Shown: positions 18,733-30,765 of the stretch, in pieces
How the letters are laid out: each line of letters starts with the position of its first letter
How positions within the stretch are numbered: the stretch's first letter is position 1
Assembly: GCA_963843575.1 (NCBI GenBank)
Contig: CAWJKZ010000013.1
Coordinates: 64,001 to 128,000 of the forward strand
Direction: 5' to 3'
DNA length: 64,000 bases
Source of the DNA: an uncultured Acidobacteriota bacterium
Lineage (GTDB): Bacteria > Acidobacteriota > UBA6911
Program-made: the position numbers and the translations under genes
The notes under the pieces: generated by a model
Told to the model about the DNA's origin: nothing
Databases searched by the model: none
The model's input: the letters and a program-made list of their open reading frames with translations, nothing else

Positions 18733-18784
18733 TTGTGCCTCGGACAAGTCAGAATTGGTACAAACAGCTCGGAGGGTTCGTGGA

Positions 18785-19795
18785 ATGAAAAGCATGCGTT
18801 TGCTGATCTGCCTGACACTGTGCGCCGCTCTCTGCGCGGCTTTGCCGCTCGAGGCCGCGGTAAAGACCGAACAGAAGAGCCAGATGAAATTCGAGGGGAT
18901 GATGGGCCGCATGATGGGTCTCTTCGGCGGCAAGGCCATGAAGGAGGGGGTCGTCAACACCGTCGCGGTCAAGGGGAACCGCAAGGCGACCTTCAGCGAC
19001 AACGGCGGCGAGATCATCGACCTGGATGAAGAAAAGGTCTACACGATCGACGCCAAGAAGAAGACCTACGACGTGACCACCTTCGCCGAGATGAAGCGCC
19101 GGATGGAGGAGGCCAGGGAGAAGGCCGAGAAGCAGGCGCGCCAGGAGGCGGGCAAGAAGGAAGCGGAGCCGTCGCAACAGCAGCAAGAACAGAAGATGGA
19201 AATCGACGTTTCGCTCAAGGAATCCGGACAGAAACGAACCATCAACGGCTTCGACTGCCGCGAGGTCGTCATGACCGTCACGGCGCGCGAGAAGGGAAAG
19301 ACGCTCGAGCAGGCCGGCGGAATGGTCCTTACCTCGAACATGTGGCTGGCCCCACGCATCGAGGCCATGAAGGAGGCGGAGGAATTCGACTGCCGTTACG
19401 CGCAGAAGCTGGGCGAGATCGTCGGCGTTCCGTCGGGGGAACAGGCCACCGCCGCGCTGGCGATGTACCCGGGGTTCAAGGACATGATGGGCAAGATGCA
19501 GACCGAAAAGGTCAACATGGACGGCACGGCGATCCTGACCGTGATGACCATGGAGGCGGTCAAGAGCCCCGAGCAGATGTCCCAGCAGCAGCGCGAGAGC
19601 GAGTCGTCGGATACGCCCGCCCGCGGCATCGGCGGGCTGATCGGCCGCAGAATCATGCGGAAAAAGGAGGAGAGTCCCTCACAGGCTCCCAACCGCGCGA
19701 CGATCATGACCATGAACAGCGAACTGCTCAAGGTCACGCCCGACGTGACCGCCGCCGACCTGGCCATACCTGCGGGCTTCCGCGAAACAAAGTGA
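18785..19795 (+). CDS. Secreted hypothetical protein (DUF4412-like)
   Basis: Signal peptide, GQKRTINGFDCR motif and C-terminal IPAGFRE. Confidence 0.7.
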   Translation: MKSMRLLICLTLCAALCAALPLEAAVKTEQKSQMKFEGMMGRMMGLFGGKAMKEGVVNTVAVKGNRKATFSDNGGEIIDLDEEKVYTIDAKKKTYDVTTFAEMKRRMEEAREKAEKQARQEAGKKEAEPSQQQQEQKMEIDVSLKESGQKRTINGFDCREVVMTVTAREKGKTLEQAGGMVLTSNMWLAPRIEAMKEAEEFDCRYAQKLGEIVGVPSGEQATAALAMYPGFKDMMGKMQTEKVNMDGTAILTVMTMEAVKSPEQMSQQQRESESSDTPARGIGGLIGRRIMRKKEESPSQAPNRATIMTMNSELLKVTPDVTAADLAIPAGFRETK

Positions 19796-19803
19796 CCGGC
19801 GAA

Positions 19804-20030
19804 GTGGGCCGCGTCGGCCCGACGCGGCCCCAGTCTTCCTCCTGTAAACCGCCCGGATATTGCGGACGAAAAGCAGCGGTACACCTTCGTCGGTTCGCCG
19901 CGGAAGCTTTGGTTCGCACAAACGGCAGACTCTTGCCTTGTGGGCAGGTGGACTCGTCCTTCAGCTCGTCGCACGTGAAAGTTGTGTCAGCCGGTACGTC
20001 TGTGGCCCGCGTCGGCCCGACGCGGCCCAC
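19804..20030. repeat. Pair of GTGG-type REP-like palindromes
   Basis: GTGGGCCGCGTCGGCCCGACGCGGCCC at 19804-19830 and a near-identical copy ending CCAC at 20002-20030. Confidence 0.75.
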
Positions 20031-20125
20031 TTCAATCCGGACCCACGTGGCTCGAAGAATACGCAGAAACACCACAATCCTGAGCGGCCGCCGTGCTAGA
20101 TTCAACCCCCGAGGAGGAGGCAAGC

Positions 20126-21016
20126 ATGACGGCGACACTGATCAGGGGCGCCGCAATTGCGGCGTCGATCCGGGAAGAACTCAAGCGCGAGGTCGACAGC
20201 CTTAAACAGAAGCACGGTGTCACGCCGGGCCTGGTGACGGTGCTGGTGGGGCACAATCCGGCGTCCGAGAGCTATGTTCGGGCGAAGCAAAAGACCGCGC
20301 ACGAGCTCGAGTTTCACTCGATCCAGGAGGACCGGCCCCAGGACATGACCCAGGAAAGCCTCCTGGAGCTCGTGCGGAGCTACAATGCCGATCCTGCGAT
20401 TCACGGCATTCTCGTCCAGCTGCCGCTCCCTCCCCACATCAACGAGACACGGGTGTTGTATGCCCTGGACCCCCGCAAGGACGTCGACGCGTTCCACCCC
20501 GTGAACGTCGGCAAGCTCGTGATCGGCGAAGCCGACTACCTCCCGTGCACGCCGGCCGGCATCCAGCAGCTCCTCGTCCGCTCCGGTGTCAAAGTGGAAG
20601 GCGCGGAGGTCGTGGTCGTCGGGCGTTCGAACATCGTGGGGAAGCCGATCGCGAACATCCTGATGCAGAAAGCGAAGGGGGCCAACGCCACCGTAACCGT
20701 GTGCCACACCCGCACGCGCGACATCGCGTCACACTGCCGCCGCGCCGACATCCTGATCGTCGCCGCAGGGGTACCGGAGTACGTGCGCGGGGAGATGATC
20801 AAGCCCGGCGCCGTGGTGATCGACGTGGGGGTGAACGAGGTGGGAAAAACCGCCGAGGGGAAACGCATCCTCAAGGGGGACGTGGCGTTCGAAGAAGCCG
20901 TCCAGGTTGCCGGGGCCATCACGCCCGTGCCCGGCGGCGTAGGCCCGATGACGATCACCATGCTCATGCGCAACACCGTCAGGGCCTGCAAGGTCTGGAA
21001 CGGGATCGCCGACTAG
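20126..21016 (+). CDS. folD: Methylene-THF dehydrogenase/cyclohydrolase
   Basis: HGILVQLPLP, KDVD, PCTP, GRSNIVGKP and TPVPGGVGPMT motifs. Confidence 0.97.
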   Translation: MTATLIRGAAIAASIREELKREVDSLKQKHGVTPGLVTVLVGHNPASESYVRAKQKTAHELEFHSIQEDRPQDMTQESLLELVRSYNADPAIHGILVQLPLPPHINETRVLYALDPRKDVDAFHPVNVGKLVIGEADYLPCTPAGIQQLLVRSGVKVEGAEVVVVGRSNIVGKPIANILMQKAKGANATVTVCHTRTRDIASHCRRADILIVAAGVPEYVRGEMIKPGAVVIDVGVNEVGKTAEGKRILKGDVAFEEAVQVAGAITPVPGGVGPMTITMLMRNTVRACKVWNGIAD

Positions 21017-21037
21017 CCGTTTCCGCAAAAATAACCA

Positions 21038-21066
21038 GTGGGTCCGGGCGTTCAGCCCGGACCCAC
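21038..21066. repeat. REP-like palindrome between convergent genes
   Basis: GTGGGTCCGGGC-GTTCA-GCCCGGACCCAC. Related copies at 24459-24563. Confidence 0.7.
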
Positions 21067-21086
21067 TTGCTAGGTTGAGACACCCG

Positions 21087-22907
21087 TTACGCGTAGCGTC
21101 CGTAGACGGGGCCGAAGGTCCGGCAGGCGCGCATGTCCGCGGCGGCCAGGTCGCCGGTCCCGAATGCGGTCCAGGCGCTGGGCCGGAATATGCGCTCCTC
21201 GGCGACGTTGTGCATGTACACGGGGATACGGAGTATCGACGCCAGCGTAATCAGGTCCGCCCCGACGTGGCCGTAGCACAGGGCTCCGTGATTGGCGCCC
21301 CAGTTGTTCATCACCGAATACACGTCGCGGAAAGCGGAGCTCCCGTTCAGGATCGGCGCAAACCACGTCGTCGGCCAGCTGGGGTCGGTCCGCTCGTTGA
21401 GCACGCGGTGCACCCTGGCCGGGATATCGACGGAATACCCTTCGGCGATCTGCAGGGCCGGCCCGAGGCCCTTGATCATGTTGAGGCGGGTCATGGTGAG
21501 CGGGATGCCGCCACGAGTCTTGAAGCACGTCGACCAGCCGCCGCCGCGCATGTATTCGGTCACCGCCGGCCGAAACCGCGTCGCCTCCAGGCAACGCCGC
21601 ACGTCGGCAGCCGTGATTTCCCAGAACGGCTTGAGCAAAGGGTTCCCTCCTGCCTCCTCCCCTCCCGAACCGTCGAGGGCGGCGGCTCCCGAGTTGATCA
21701 GGTGGAGCATTCCTCCCTCCGCGGCCCCCGACAGCTTGTGCTGGGTGACGCGGCGGACCGCGGCGGGGCTCCAGAACGTGCGGACGTCGGCGAAGATCTG
21801 GGCCGTGTGGGTCAGGAGGTTCCCCATCAGCATGCACACGCCGTTGAGGCTGTCGTTCTCGGTGGCGACGACGTAGGGGGCGCGGATCCCGTTCCAGTCA
21901 AAGGAGCTGTTGAGGATCGTCTCCAGGAAGTCGCCGTTCGGGTAGTAGTCCGTCCACTGCCGCTGTCCCTGGAACCCGGCGGCGATGGCGTTGTGGCCGA
22001 GCGCCTCCTCGCCGTGACCGAGGTCGTGTAGCAGGGGGTTTCCGATCATGAGATCGCGTGCGATGAGCGCCATCTTCACCGAGGTTTCCCATTCCATGTC
22101 GAGGTGCTCGCGACTGCGGCGGCTCTTGGGCGGGTTGTTGTCCTCCCCCTCTTTGCAGTTGGCGCGGACCCACTCGAGGGCGCGCTGGTACTCGCCGGTG
22201 TCGTAGATGCCGGAGCCGGTGCGCCGGGCGAACTCGGTCAGGTCTATGCTGACGACGCGCATCCCGAGATAGCTCTCGAAAAGCGACTGATCCACGATGG
22301 AACCGGCGATCCCCATCGAGACTCCGCCCATCGAGAGGTAAGTCTTGCCCCGCATGATCGTGGCGGCCAGCGCGCCACGCGCAAACCGGAGGAGCTTGTC
22401 CTTTACGTCTTCGGGGATCGAACGGTCCCCGGCGTCCTGCACGTCGCGGCCGTAGATACCGAACGCGGGCAGCCCTTTCTGGTTGTGCGCCGCCAGCACG
22501 GCGGCCAGGTACACGGCGCCGGGGCGTTCGGTGCCGTTGAAGCCCCAGACCGCCTTGGGCGAGAGCGGGTCCATGTCCATCGTCTCGGAACCGTAGCACC
22601 AGCAGGGCGTGACGGTGAGTGACACGGTGGCCCCCTCGCGGGCGAACTTGTCGGCCGCCATGGCCGCCTCGGCCGCCCCGCCGATGCAGGTATCGGAGAT
22701 GACGCACTCGATCGGCTGGCCGTTCGGGTAGCGCACGTGGGCGGAGAGCAGGGCGGCGACGGAGCGTGCCATTTCCATCGTCTGTCCCTCGAGCGACTCC
22801 CGCACGCCGTGGCGCCGCCCGTCGATGATCGGACGGATGCCGATCTTGGGCAGACGTCCGATCCACCGGTTGACCTGCGCATCCACTGTGGATTCCCTGC
22901 TAGCCAT
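21087..22907 (-). CDS. fucI: L-fucose isomerase
   Basis: [37 protein letters not shown] and WGANH motifs. Confidence 0.96.
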   Translation of the reverse strand: MASRESTVDAQVNRWIGRLPKIGIRPIIDGRRHGVRESLEGQTMEMARSVAALLSAHVRYPNGQPIECVISDTCIGGAAEAAMAADKFAREGATVSLTVTPCWCYGSETMDMDPLSPKAVWGFNGTERPGAVYLAAVLAAHNQKGLPAFGIYGRDVQDAGDRSIPEDVKDKLLRFARGALAATIMRGKTYLSMGGVSMGIAGSIVDQSLFESYLGMRVVSIDLTEFARRTGSGIYDTGEYQRALEWVRANCKEGEDNNPPKSRRSREHLDMEWETSVKMALIARDLMIGNPLLHDLGHGEEALGHNAIAAGFQGQRQWTDYYPNGDFLETILNSSFDWNGIRAPYVVATENDSLNGVCMLMGNLLTHTAQIFADVRTFWSPAAVRRVTQHKLSGAAEGGMLHLINSGAAALDGSGGEEAGGNPLLKPFWEITAADVRRCLEATRFRPAVTEYMRGGGWSTCFKTRGGIPLTMTRLNMIKGLGPALQIAEGYSVDIPARVHRVLNERTDPSWPTTWFAPILNGSSAFRDVYSVMNNWGANHGALCYGHVGADLITLASILRIPVYMHNVAEERIFRPSAWTAFGTGDLAAADMRACRTFGPVYGRYA

Positions 22908-24420
22908 GGTGTGTCTTCTCCTCTTCTCGCAACGATGGTTGACACGCGGAACGTATCCGCGTGAAATCGCCGAATCGCTGTTCCCAAACCTGCACGTCGC
23001 CCGGCTCGTATGTGACCGTCTCGAAGGAACGCCGTATCAAGTCGCGCCCTTCTTCGCGTGACGCGATGGAGCCGGTGCCCGCCATCTGCATCAGGATGTT
23101 ACCAGCCGATGTCGCTTCCACCGGTCCGGTCACGACCGGGCGGTTGAGCGCGTTGGCGGTGAACTGGTTCAACAGCCTGTTGCGCGACCCCCCTCCGACG
23201 ATGTGGAGCACGTCCAGGCGATACCCGAGCAAATCCTCCAGCTGCTCCAGAACGAGGCGGTATTTGAATGCCAGGCTCTCCAGGGCGGTCCGCACCAAGG
23301 CCCCTTTGCCCGCTGGCGGCTCCTGCCCGGTGCGCCGGCAGAATTCCTGGATGCGGGCAGGCATGTCCCCCGGGGGCGCGAATTCCGGAGCATCGGGATC
23401 GATCGCGGCCGCAAACGAAGGGGCCGCCGCAGCAAGCGCGGTCAGGTCGTTGTAGCTCGTGTCGTCGCCCTTGGACGCCCAGGTGCGCTTGCACTCCTGG
23501 ACGAGCCAGAGCCCGCTGATGTTCTTCAGCAGCCTGACGGTGTCGAAAACCCCGATTTCATTAGTAAAACCGGCGGCGAGGGTTCTCGAGTCGATGACCG
23601 GATCCCGTAATTCCACCCCCATAAGCGACCAGGTCCCGGAGCTGAGATAGGCGTGCCGGGCACCCCGCGCAGGGACGGCCGCGACGCCCGAAGCCGTGTC
23701 GTGGCAGCCCGGCGCCACGACCTGGATCGGCCCCGCGCCGGTTTCCTCGGCGACTTCGGGCAGCAGCGGCCCGAGCGCGGTCCCCGGGTCCACGATCTCG
23801 CCGAAGATGCGGTCCGGCAACTCCAGGGCACCGATCACCCGGCGGGACCACTTCTTCTTTCTCGGGTCGTAGAGCTGGCTTGTGCTTGCGATCGTCCTCT
23901 CGTTGACGCCGGCGCCGCACAGCCAGGAATTCAGCAGGTCGGGGATGAACAGCAACCGGCTGGCGATCGAGAGCGCCGGCGCGCCAGCCACCACCTCCGA
24001 GAGCAGCTGATATATGGTGTTGAAGAACATGAACTGGATGCCGGTCTCGGCATAGATGTCCGCCTTCGGCAGCCTGCGGAAAGCCTCGTCCATCATTCCG
24101 TCGGTCCGGCGGTCACGGTAGTGAACGGGTTGGCCGAGCAGGCAGCCGCCGGCGTCGACCAATCCATAATCCACACCCCAGGTGTCGACCCCGACGCTCA
24201 CGACGCCGGATCCGTAAGCCCGGGCGGCCAGCGCGATGCCCCGCTTGATCTCCGAATACAGGTAAAGGACATCCCAGTACAGGCTGCCGCGCAGCCGCAC
24301 GGGAACGTTGGCAAAACGGTGGACCTCCTCGATGCGCAGCCGCGCGCCGTCAAAGCGGCCGGCCATCACACGGCCGCTCTCGGCCCCCAGGTCCACGGCC
24401 AGGTAGACCTTTTCCCTCAT
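22900..24420 (-). CDS. Rhamnulokinase/fuculokinase (FGGY family)
   Basis: [19 protein letters not shown] and SSGTWSL motifs. Adjacent to fucI. Confidence 0.92.
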   Translation of the reverse strand: MREKVYLAVDLGAESGRVMAGRFDGARLRIEEVHRFANVPVRLRGSLYWDVLYLYSEIKRGIALAARAYGSGVVSVGVDTWGVDYGLVDAGGCLLGQPVHYRDRRTDGMMDEAFRRLPKADIYAETGIQFMFFNTIYQLLSEVVAGAPALSIASRLLFIPDLLNSWLCGAGVNERTIASTSQLYDPRKKKWSRRVIGALELPDRIFGEIVDPGTALGPLLPEVAEETGAGPIQVVAPGCHDTASGVAAVPARGARHAYLSSGTWSLMGVELRDPVIDSRTLAAGFTNEIGVFDTVRLLKNISGLWLVQECKRTWASKGDDTSYNDLTALAAAAPSFAAAIDPDAPEFAPPGDMPARIQEFCRRTGQEPPAGKGALVRTALESLAFKYRLVLEQLEDLLGYRLDVLHIVGGGSRNRLLNQFTANALNRPVVTGPVEATSAGNILMQMAGTGSIASREEGRDLIRRSFETVTYEPGDVQVWEQRFGDFTRIRSACQPSLREEEKTHHG

Positions 24421-24458
24421 GATTGAACGAGTATCCAACAGAGACACCCGCAGAGCAA

Positions 24459-24563
24459 GTGGGTCCGGGCTTGCAGCCCGGACGCCGTTTGCGGTCGCTA
24501 TCGAATGCGACTGTCGTCAAATAGGGCAGATCAAAAGACGTCCGGGCTGAAGCCCGGACCCAC
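24459..24563. repeat. Inverted pair of REP-like palindromes
   Basis: GTGGGTCCGGGCTTGCAGCCCGGAC and GTCCGGGCTGAAGCCCGGACCCAC. Confidence 0.7.
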
Positions 24564-24569
24564 TCGGGG

Positions 24570-25274
24570 TCAGATCTGGTAGAACCAGGAGTCTTCCGGC
24601 GACGAGCCTGGCTGCGAGTCCGCGCCGCCGGTCCGCTTCTCCAGCCGTTCGATGCGCTCGGCCAGCCTGCGGAGGGCTCGGGCGGTCATGTCGGGCAATG
24701 CGCCGTGTTCCAGGTCGACCGCGTGGGCGTGACCGTGGTCGACGTAGACCACTTTCTCCCCGGCGCGGTGCGTCACGCGGCCGGGGACGCCGACGACGAC
24801 CGAGTCGGGCGGAACGTCCTTGACCACGACCGCGTTGGCTCCGATGCGTGTGCCCGACCCGATCGTGATCGGCCCCAGGATCTTGGCTCCGGCACCCACG
24901 ACGACGTCGTCCTGGAGCGTGGGGTGGCGCTTCCCCTTGTTCCAGCTGGTGCCGCCGAGCGTGACCCCGTGGTACAGGGTCACGTTGGCACCCACCTCGG
25001 CAGTCTCGCCGATGACGACGCCCATACCGTGATCGATGAAGAAACCGGGGCCGATGCGGGCCCCGGGATGGATTTCGATGCCGGTAAGGTGGCGGCCGAC
25101 GTGCGACACCACTCGTCCCAGCCAGAACAGGCCGTGCGTCCAGAACCAGTGAGCCATGCGGTAGAACCAGAGCGCGTGGAGCCCCGGGTAGGCCGCGACG
25201 ATCTCGTACCAGCTGCGCGCAGCCGGGTCGCGATCGAAGACGGCCCTTATGTCGCTCCGCACTGTTCTGAACAT
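24570..25274 (-). CDS. cysE: Serine O-acetyltransferase
   Basis: [20 protein letters not shown] and KRHP motifs. Confidence 0.96.
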   Translation of the reverse strand: MFRTVRSDIRAVFDRDPAARSWYEIVAAYPGLHALWFYRMAHWFWTHGLFWLGRVVSHVGRHLTGIEIHPGARIGPGFFIDHGMGVVIGETAEVGANVTLYHGVTLGGTSWNKGKRHPTLQDDVVVGAGAKILGPITIGSGTRIGANAVVVKDVPPDSVVVGVPGRVTHRAGEKVVYVDHGHAHAVDLEHGALPDMTARALRRLAERIERLEKRTGGADSQPGSSPEDSWFYQI

Positions 25275-25289
25275 CTGCGCCTCGCCCTG

Positions 25290-26222
25290 TCAGTCCGCCA
25301 GGTGCTGGAAAAGGGCTGTCGAGAGATAACGCTCGCCGAACGACGGGATGATCACCACGATCAGCTTGTCCCGGCTTTCGGGGCGCTGGGCCACGTGCAT
25401 CGCGGCCCAGGTCGCCGCACCAGACGAAATCCCGACCAGGAGCCCCTCTTCCTTGGCCATGCGGCGCGCGATGGCGAAGGCGTCGTCGGGCTGCACCTGC
25501 ACGACTTCGTCGATCAACGCCGTGTTGAGCACCTTGGGTATGAATCCCGCCCCGATCCCCTGGATAGGGTGCGGCCCCGCGGGCCCTCCCGAAAGGACCG
25601 CCGAGGTCGTCGGCTCGACCGCGACGCAACGGAACGACGGCTTGCGCGCCTTGATCACCTCGCCGACCCCCGTCAACGTGCCGCCGGTGCCCACGCCTGA
25701 GATGAGGATATCTGCCGTACTGTCCGTGTCCCGCCAGATCTCCTCCGCGGTGGTGCGCCGGTGGACCTCCGGGTTGGCCGGGTTCTCGAACTGGTTGAGC
25801 ATGACGTAACGCGAGTCACCCGCCGCCAGTTCCTCCGCCCGCCGTATGGCCCCCTTCATACCCTCGCTGCCGCGGGTCAGGATGAGATCGGCACCGTAGG
25901 CGCGCAGCAGCATGCGGCGCTCCCGGCTCATGGTTTCCGGCATCGTAAGTACCAGTCGGTAGCCTCTCTCGGCCGCAACGAAGGCCAGCGCGATCCCAGT
26001 GTTGCCGCTGGTCGATTCTATCAGGATCGTGTCGCTTTTGATCTTTCCATCCCGTTCGGCAGCCTCGACCATCGCCAGGCCAATGCGGTCTTTTACGCTC
26101 TTGGCAGGATTGTAGTACTCGAGCTTGGCGACGACCCGGCCCGGCATACCCTGCGTGAGGCGGTTTAACTGGACCAGCGGGGTATTACCCACCAGCTCGG
26201 TCACATCCCGAAAGATTCTCAT
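25290..26222 (-). CDS. cysK: Cysteine synthase A
   Basis: SVKDRI, TSGNTG, GVGTGGT and IQGIGAGF motifs. Confidence 0.96.
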   Translation of the reverse strand: MRIFRDVTELVGNTPLVQLNRLTQGMPGRVVAKLEYYNPAKSVKDRIGLAMVEAAERDGKIKSDTILIESTSGNTGIALAFVAAERGYRLVLTMPETMSRERRMLLRAYGADLILTRGSEGMKGAIRRAEELAAGDSRYVMLNQFENPANPEVHRRTTAEEIWRDTDSTADILISGVGTGGTLTGVGEVIKARKPSFRCVAVEPTTSAVLSGGPAGPHPIQGIGAGFIPKVLNTALIDEVVQVQPDDAFAIARRMAKEEGLLVGISSGAATWAAMHVAQRPESRDKLIVVIIPSFGERYLSTALFQHLAD

Positions 26223-26326
26223 CTGTTCTCTGCCCCTTTCTGTCACCCGAAAACTCACTCGAATCGTCAGATCTATAGCACACGGGGTCAGTCATTTGAA
26301 GGGTGCGATCGCGCCGGGTGTGCGCG

Positions 26327-26933
26327 TCAGGCGGATTCGGAGACGAACCGGAGTGTGCGGTGCTTGTCCAGCGTGTCGCTCCCGAGAACCTTGCTCAGAT
26401 ACACCTTGGACTCGTCGTTGTCCGAGGGATTGCGCTTGAAACCGACCACGTTGAAACCCAGGTCGGCCAGTGTGGCTCGCATTGTGTGGAACTTGTTCTT
26501 CGTCTTGACGGCCAACTCCTGGTATCCGTGCTCGACGGCCCACACTTCCTGCTGCTCGGTGAGCGCGCGATAGTGACCCGCGCCGCGCCAGGGGCCCCGC
26601 GTCCCGCCGATCCAGCTGTAGAAGATCCTGCGTCCGCCGAATTCGAGTGCCGTCTCGGAACTCGGCGACAAGTTCCTGAAGCTGCGGGTCGTTCTCCTGC
26701 GCGCTCAGCGCGTGTCCCACCTTGAATGCCACCGGGATGAGCCGGTCGTCGTCGTCGTCGGGGATGGGCGCGAGCGACAGCAGGATCAGATGCTCCCGGG
26801 CGTTCAGGCGGCGGATGATTTCGTCGGCCGTCTTCTTCTTTCTGAACTCGTGAAAGTAGTCCTCGATGTACTGGACTTCGAGCGCCCCTTGCTCCAGCCT
26901 GTACTGACGAATGATGTGCCCCGTTTGCGCCAT
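26327..26933 (-). CDS. GNAT-family acetyltransferase (apparent frameshift near 26652)
   Basis: FKVG, YSWIGG...WRGAG and VKTKNKF motifs spread over two overlapping ORFs. Confidence 0.7.
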
Positions 26934-27012
26934 GCCCGCAGCTTAATGCATCGACGGGGTTTGTGTCCAAGCCGTTGTGCGAGACGCGGCGTTCGCATAC
27001 ACTCGTCGCCCT

Positions 27013-27813
27013 ATGATTCCGCACGATTACCACATGCACACCAAGTACTCGATCGACTCCAAAGCCTCGATGTCCGAAATGTGCCGCGCCGCCGTCGACG
27101 TCGGGATCGCGGAGATCGGTTTTGCCGAACATTTCGACCTTTACCCGGAAGACGAGGCCCCGGACTGGTTCAGGCTGGAGCCCTGGGCGTCCGATCTCGA
27201 GAGCTGCCGGACGGAATTTGGCGGCCGGCTGACGGTGCGTGCCGGCATCGAGGTGGGCGAGCCCCACCTCTTCCGGCAGGGAACGCGGGAGATGCTGGAG
27301 CGCTACCCGTTCGATCTGGTTCTCGGGTCGCTCCATTGGTTCGGCGGGCTGCATGCATTCCGGCGCGACGTCTTCGCGCGCCCGGCGGAACAGGTGTTCA
27401 AGCTCTACTTCGAGGAACTCAGGGAAATGACCGCGCAGGGCGGCTTCGACATCCTGGCCCACCTCGACGTCCCGGCGCGGGTGGCCAGCGGGGTTTACGG
27501 CGGATACGACCCGCTCCCGTACGAGGGCCTCATCCGTCCCGTCCTGGCCGAGTGCATATCCGGCGGGATCGCCCTCGAAGTGAACACGGCAGCGCTCAGA
27601 AGAGAGGCGCGCATTCTGAACCCAGGGCTGACGGTCGTGCGCTGGTATGCTGAAATGGGCGGCACCCTCGTGACCCTGGGCTCCGATGCGCACCGACCCG
27701 ACCACGTGGGGGCCGGCCTGCAGACCGCGTTACACGTCCTGAGCGACGCCGGCTTCCGCCAACTCACGCATTTCGAGAGACGCCAGCACCGGCAGATGCC
27801 CTTCTCCCTTTAA
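27013..27813 (+). CDS. PHP-family histidinol-phosphatase (HisJ-like)
   Basis: DYHMHT, EH, GIE, GSLH, AHLD and GSDAH motifs. Confidence 0.88.
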   Translation: MIPHDYHMHTKYSIDSKASMSEMCRAAVDVGIAEIGFAEHFDLYPEDEAPDWFRLEPWASDLESCRTEFGGRLTVRAGIEVGEPHLFRQGTREMLERYPFDLVLGSLHWFGGLHAFRRDVFARPAEQVFKLYFEELREMTAQGGFDILAHLDVPARVASGVYGGYDPLPYEGLIRPVLAECISGGIALEVNTAALRREARILNPGLTVVRWYAEMGGTLVTLGSDAHRPDHVGAGLQTALHVLSDAGFRQLTHFERRQHRQMPFSL

Positions 27814-27845
27814 TACTCACGGGGAGCTTCGGGGAGAGACACGGA

Positions 27846-29253
27846 TCACTTCGCCTCAAAGCGAGTCCAGGGGTGGGATTTTAGATCGCGCAGGACCGGC
27901 TTGATCCAGTCGAACTCCGGGTGGCGCGCCAGGTGCCTGGCCGCGTCGAAATCGATGCCGCACGAGTGCCCCATCGACGCGGTGAACGACATGCGCGCCG
28001 CCAGCACGGCATCGGTCACCTTCGCCTGGACAGCACCCGCCACACCGAAGGGCGGCTGCCACCCCTTCATCCCGCGCGGGGACAGTTCCACGTGCCCGCA
28101 CAGCGTCCGCTCGTTAGGGTCGTTCTTGCCCGTGAACGAATCGATATGGTCCGAGAGGAATCTCTGCCCCGCCTCGACATCGATCTTCCCCTTGTGCTCG
28201 GCCATCAACTGCCCCCACCGGACCTTCCGCGCGTTGGCACTCAGCGACATGTCCTTCGGGTCGAAGTCGGTCTCTTCCCGGATGAGTTTCTCGTTCACAG
28301 GGAAATTGGATCCGACAAAGTACCCATCCTTCTTGCGCAGCAGGTTCACGTTCTTCAGCCCGAGTTCCAGGCTGCCGATTTCGTTCGTGTTCCGGTCCGC
28401 CACGAGCCAGTTGTTGGCGTACCCGCCGTTGTTCCCCTCTTTCATCAGCCGGGCGAAGTCGTCGATGCTCGCCGCGTACTGCATCGCCCTGCGAGCGCGG
28501 ACGAATTCCGGGACGCCGTCGGGGTTCCAACCGGAAAAACCTGTGATGGTCGTCTCGGTGATCATGATCCCGGCCGCATTGACCCCGAAGTCGTCGGCGC
28601 TGTGAATCAGGCCCGGGAACCCGTCCATGAGGATCCGGTGGCCGGTCGCCGGCACGATGTCGAAGATGATGTTCCAGCGCTCCCCGTCCGCATAATAGGT
28701 CCAGGCGTTGTGGCCGATCACCGGCCTGCCGTCCCTGGTGTAGCTTCCGGTAGCCACGAAGGCACTGCAACGCTCCGCGACCGGGACGGGCTTGCGCGAG
28801 GCGGACTCCGGGTGCTGCTTCCCGTACCAGGTGGCATATCCGGGAAGTTCGAGCCAGGCGTTCATTGCAACCACGTCCCAGAGGTCCAGCTTGATCCCCT
28901 TCGCCTTCAAGCCTTCCGCGATTCCTGTCAGCTCGTCCCGGTACTCCGGGCTGACCCTGGGCCACAGCACCGTTTGGGCGGCGGCACGGAAGAACGGCCA
29001 ATCCCTGGAAGTGTCGTGCTTCAGCTCAACCTCAATCACCCTCTGCGCGTCGCCGATTTCACGGCGCCAGCAGGTACCCGTGCTGGAAACCGATTTCGGC
29101 AGGGCTCCCCTCCAGGTGAACGAACACCCACCCGTTCTGCGCGGGGTTGCGGTGCGCGGATTTCAGCCGCGCGTCCGTTGGCAGGTCGCGCGGTAACAGC
29201 GAGACGGCGGAAAGCGCCACCAGCACCGTGGCAGCCGAGAAGATGTGCCGCAT
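27846..29253 (-). CDS. Secreted Ntn-hydrolase, peptidase C45/phospholipase B-like (apparent frameshift near 29061)
   Basis: Signal peptide, GFQHGYLLA, nucleophile ERCSAF, GHNAW and NNGGYANNW motifs. Confidence 0.8.
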
Positions 29254-29399
29254 GAGATAGCTCCAGGAAGAGAGAATTCACAGCGAACCGTTCCGTACGA
29301 GTGAATTTAGCTTTTTCGCGATCGCCGTTCCAGCGGTTTCGCAGACGGGGACGGAACATGTTATGCTGCTGCCGGAATCCCCATACCGGAGTTGCGAAA

Positions 29400-30710
29400 A
29401 TGACCGACACGAAAATCACCTTGTCCGAAAAGGACATCCCGACGCACTTCTACAACATCGTATCCGACCTGCCGACGCCGTTGCAGCCCCCGCTGCACCC
29501 CGGGACGCGGCAGCCGCTCGGCCCTGAGGCGCTTGCGCCGATTTTCCCGATGGGCCTCATCCGGCAGGAGGTTTCACAGGAGCGCTACATCGAAATCCCG
29601 GACGAGGTGCGTGACATCTATCGTCTCTACCGCCCCACCCCACTTTTCCGGGCGCGCGCGTTCGAGGAATACCTCGACACTCCGGCGCGGATCTACTACA
29701 AGTCCGAGCACGTCAGCCCGGTCGGGAGTCACAAGCTCAACACCGCCCTCATGCAGGCCTACATGAACAAAAAGGAGGGGGTGAAGCGGCTCGCCACCGA
29801 GACCGGCGCCGGGCAGTGGGGCAGCGCGCTCGCGTGCGCGTGCCGGTTGATGGAACTCGAGTGCATGGTGTACATGGTCCGGGTCAGCTACGACCAGAAG
29901 CCCTACCGGCGCATAATGATGAAAACGTACGGCGCCGACGTGGTCGCGAGCCCGTCGGAACTGACCGAAGCGGGGAGGGCCATCCTCGCCGAAGATCCCG
30001 CATCGCCCGGCAGTCTCGGGATCGCGATCTCGGAGGCGGTCGAAGACGCGGTCAAGAGGGACGACACGAAGTATGCCCTGGGCAGCGTCCTCAACCACGT
30101 GCTCCTGCACCAGACTGTGATCGGGCTGGAAACGAAGAAGCAGATGGAGCTCGCCGGGGACTACCCCGACATCCTGATCGGGTGCCACGGTGGCGGGAGC
30201 AATTTCGCCGGGCTGGCCTTTCCGTTTCTTCAGGACAAGCTCAAGGGCGACCGGAAGAACCTGCGCGCGATCGCCGTCGAGCCCAGCGCCTGCCCCAGCC
30301 TGACCGCCGGCAAACGAGAGTACGATTTCGGGGATGTCGCCGGCATGACGCCGCTGATGATGATGCACACCCTCGGCCACAAGTTCGTGCCCGCCCCGGT
30401 GCACGCGGGCGGCCTGCGCTACCACGGCTCGGCCCCGCTGGTCAGCCACCTCCTGTCCGAAAAAGTCATCGAGGCGGAAGCGTACCACCAGGGCGATATC
30501 TTCGAGAGTGCCATAAAGTTCGCCCGTTGCGAGGGGACGATCCCGGCTCCGGAGTCGGCGCATGCCGTGCACAGCGTCGTCGTGCACGCGCAGCGAGCCC
30601 GCGAATCCGGCGAGCGTAAGGTCATCGTCTTCAATCTCTCGGGACACGGCCACTTCGACCTCGCCTCCTACGAGTCTTTTCTCAACGGCACCATGAACCG
30701 GGAGGCGTAA
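29400..30710 (+). CDS. trpB2: TrpB2-type tryptophan synthase beta-like PLP enzyme
   Basis: [20 protein letters not shown] and NLSGHG motifs. No trpA nearby. Confidence 0.92.
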   Translation: MTDTKITLSEKDIPTHFYNIVSDLPTPLQPPLHPGTRQPLGPEALAPIFPMGLIRQEVSQERYIEIPDEVRDIYRLYRPTPLFRARAFEEYLDTPARIYYKSEHVSPVGSHKLNTALMQAYMNKKEGVKRLATETGAGQWGSALACACRLMELECMVYMVRVSYDQKPYRRIMMKTYGADVVASPSELTEAGRAILAEDPASPGSLGIAISEAVEDAVKRDDTKYALGSVLNHVLLHQTVIGLETKKQMELAGDYPDILIGCHGGGSNFAGLAFPFLQDKLKGDRKNLRAIAVEPSACPSLTAGKREYDFGDVAGMTPLMMMHTLGHKFVPAPVHAGGLRYHGSAPLVSHLLSEKVIEAEAYHQGDIFESAIKFARCEGTIPAPESAHAVHSVVVHAQRARESGERKVIVFNLSGHGHFDLASYESFLNGTMNREA

Positions 30711-30739
30711 TTCGGGGGGACGGGGACGCCTCCTTTTTT
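30701..30739 (+). terminator. Rho-independent terminator
   Basis: GGAGGCGT...ACGCCTCC followed by TTTTTT. Confidence 0.65.
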
Positions 30740-30765
30740 CCCGGCCGTTGCGGCGACACCCGTTT

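Noticed and set aside
19804-20030. CRISPR array
   Set aside because: Only two palindromic units, no regular spacers and no cas genes.
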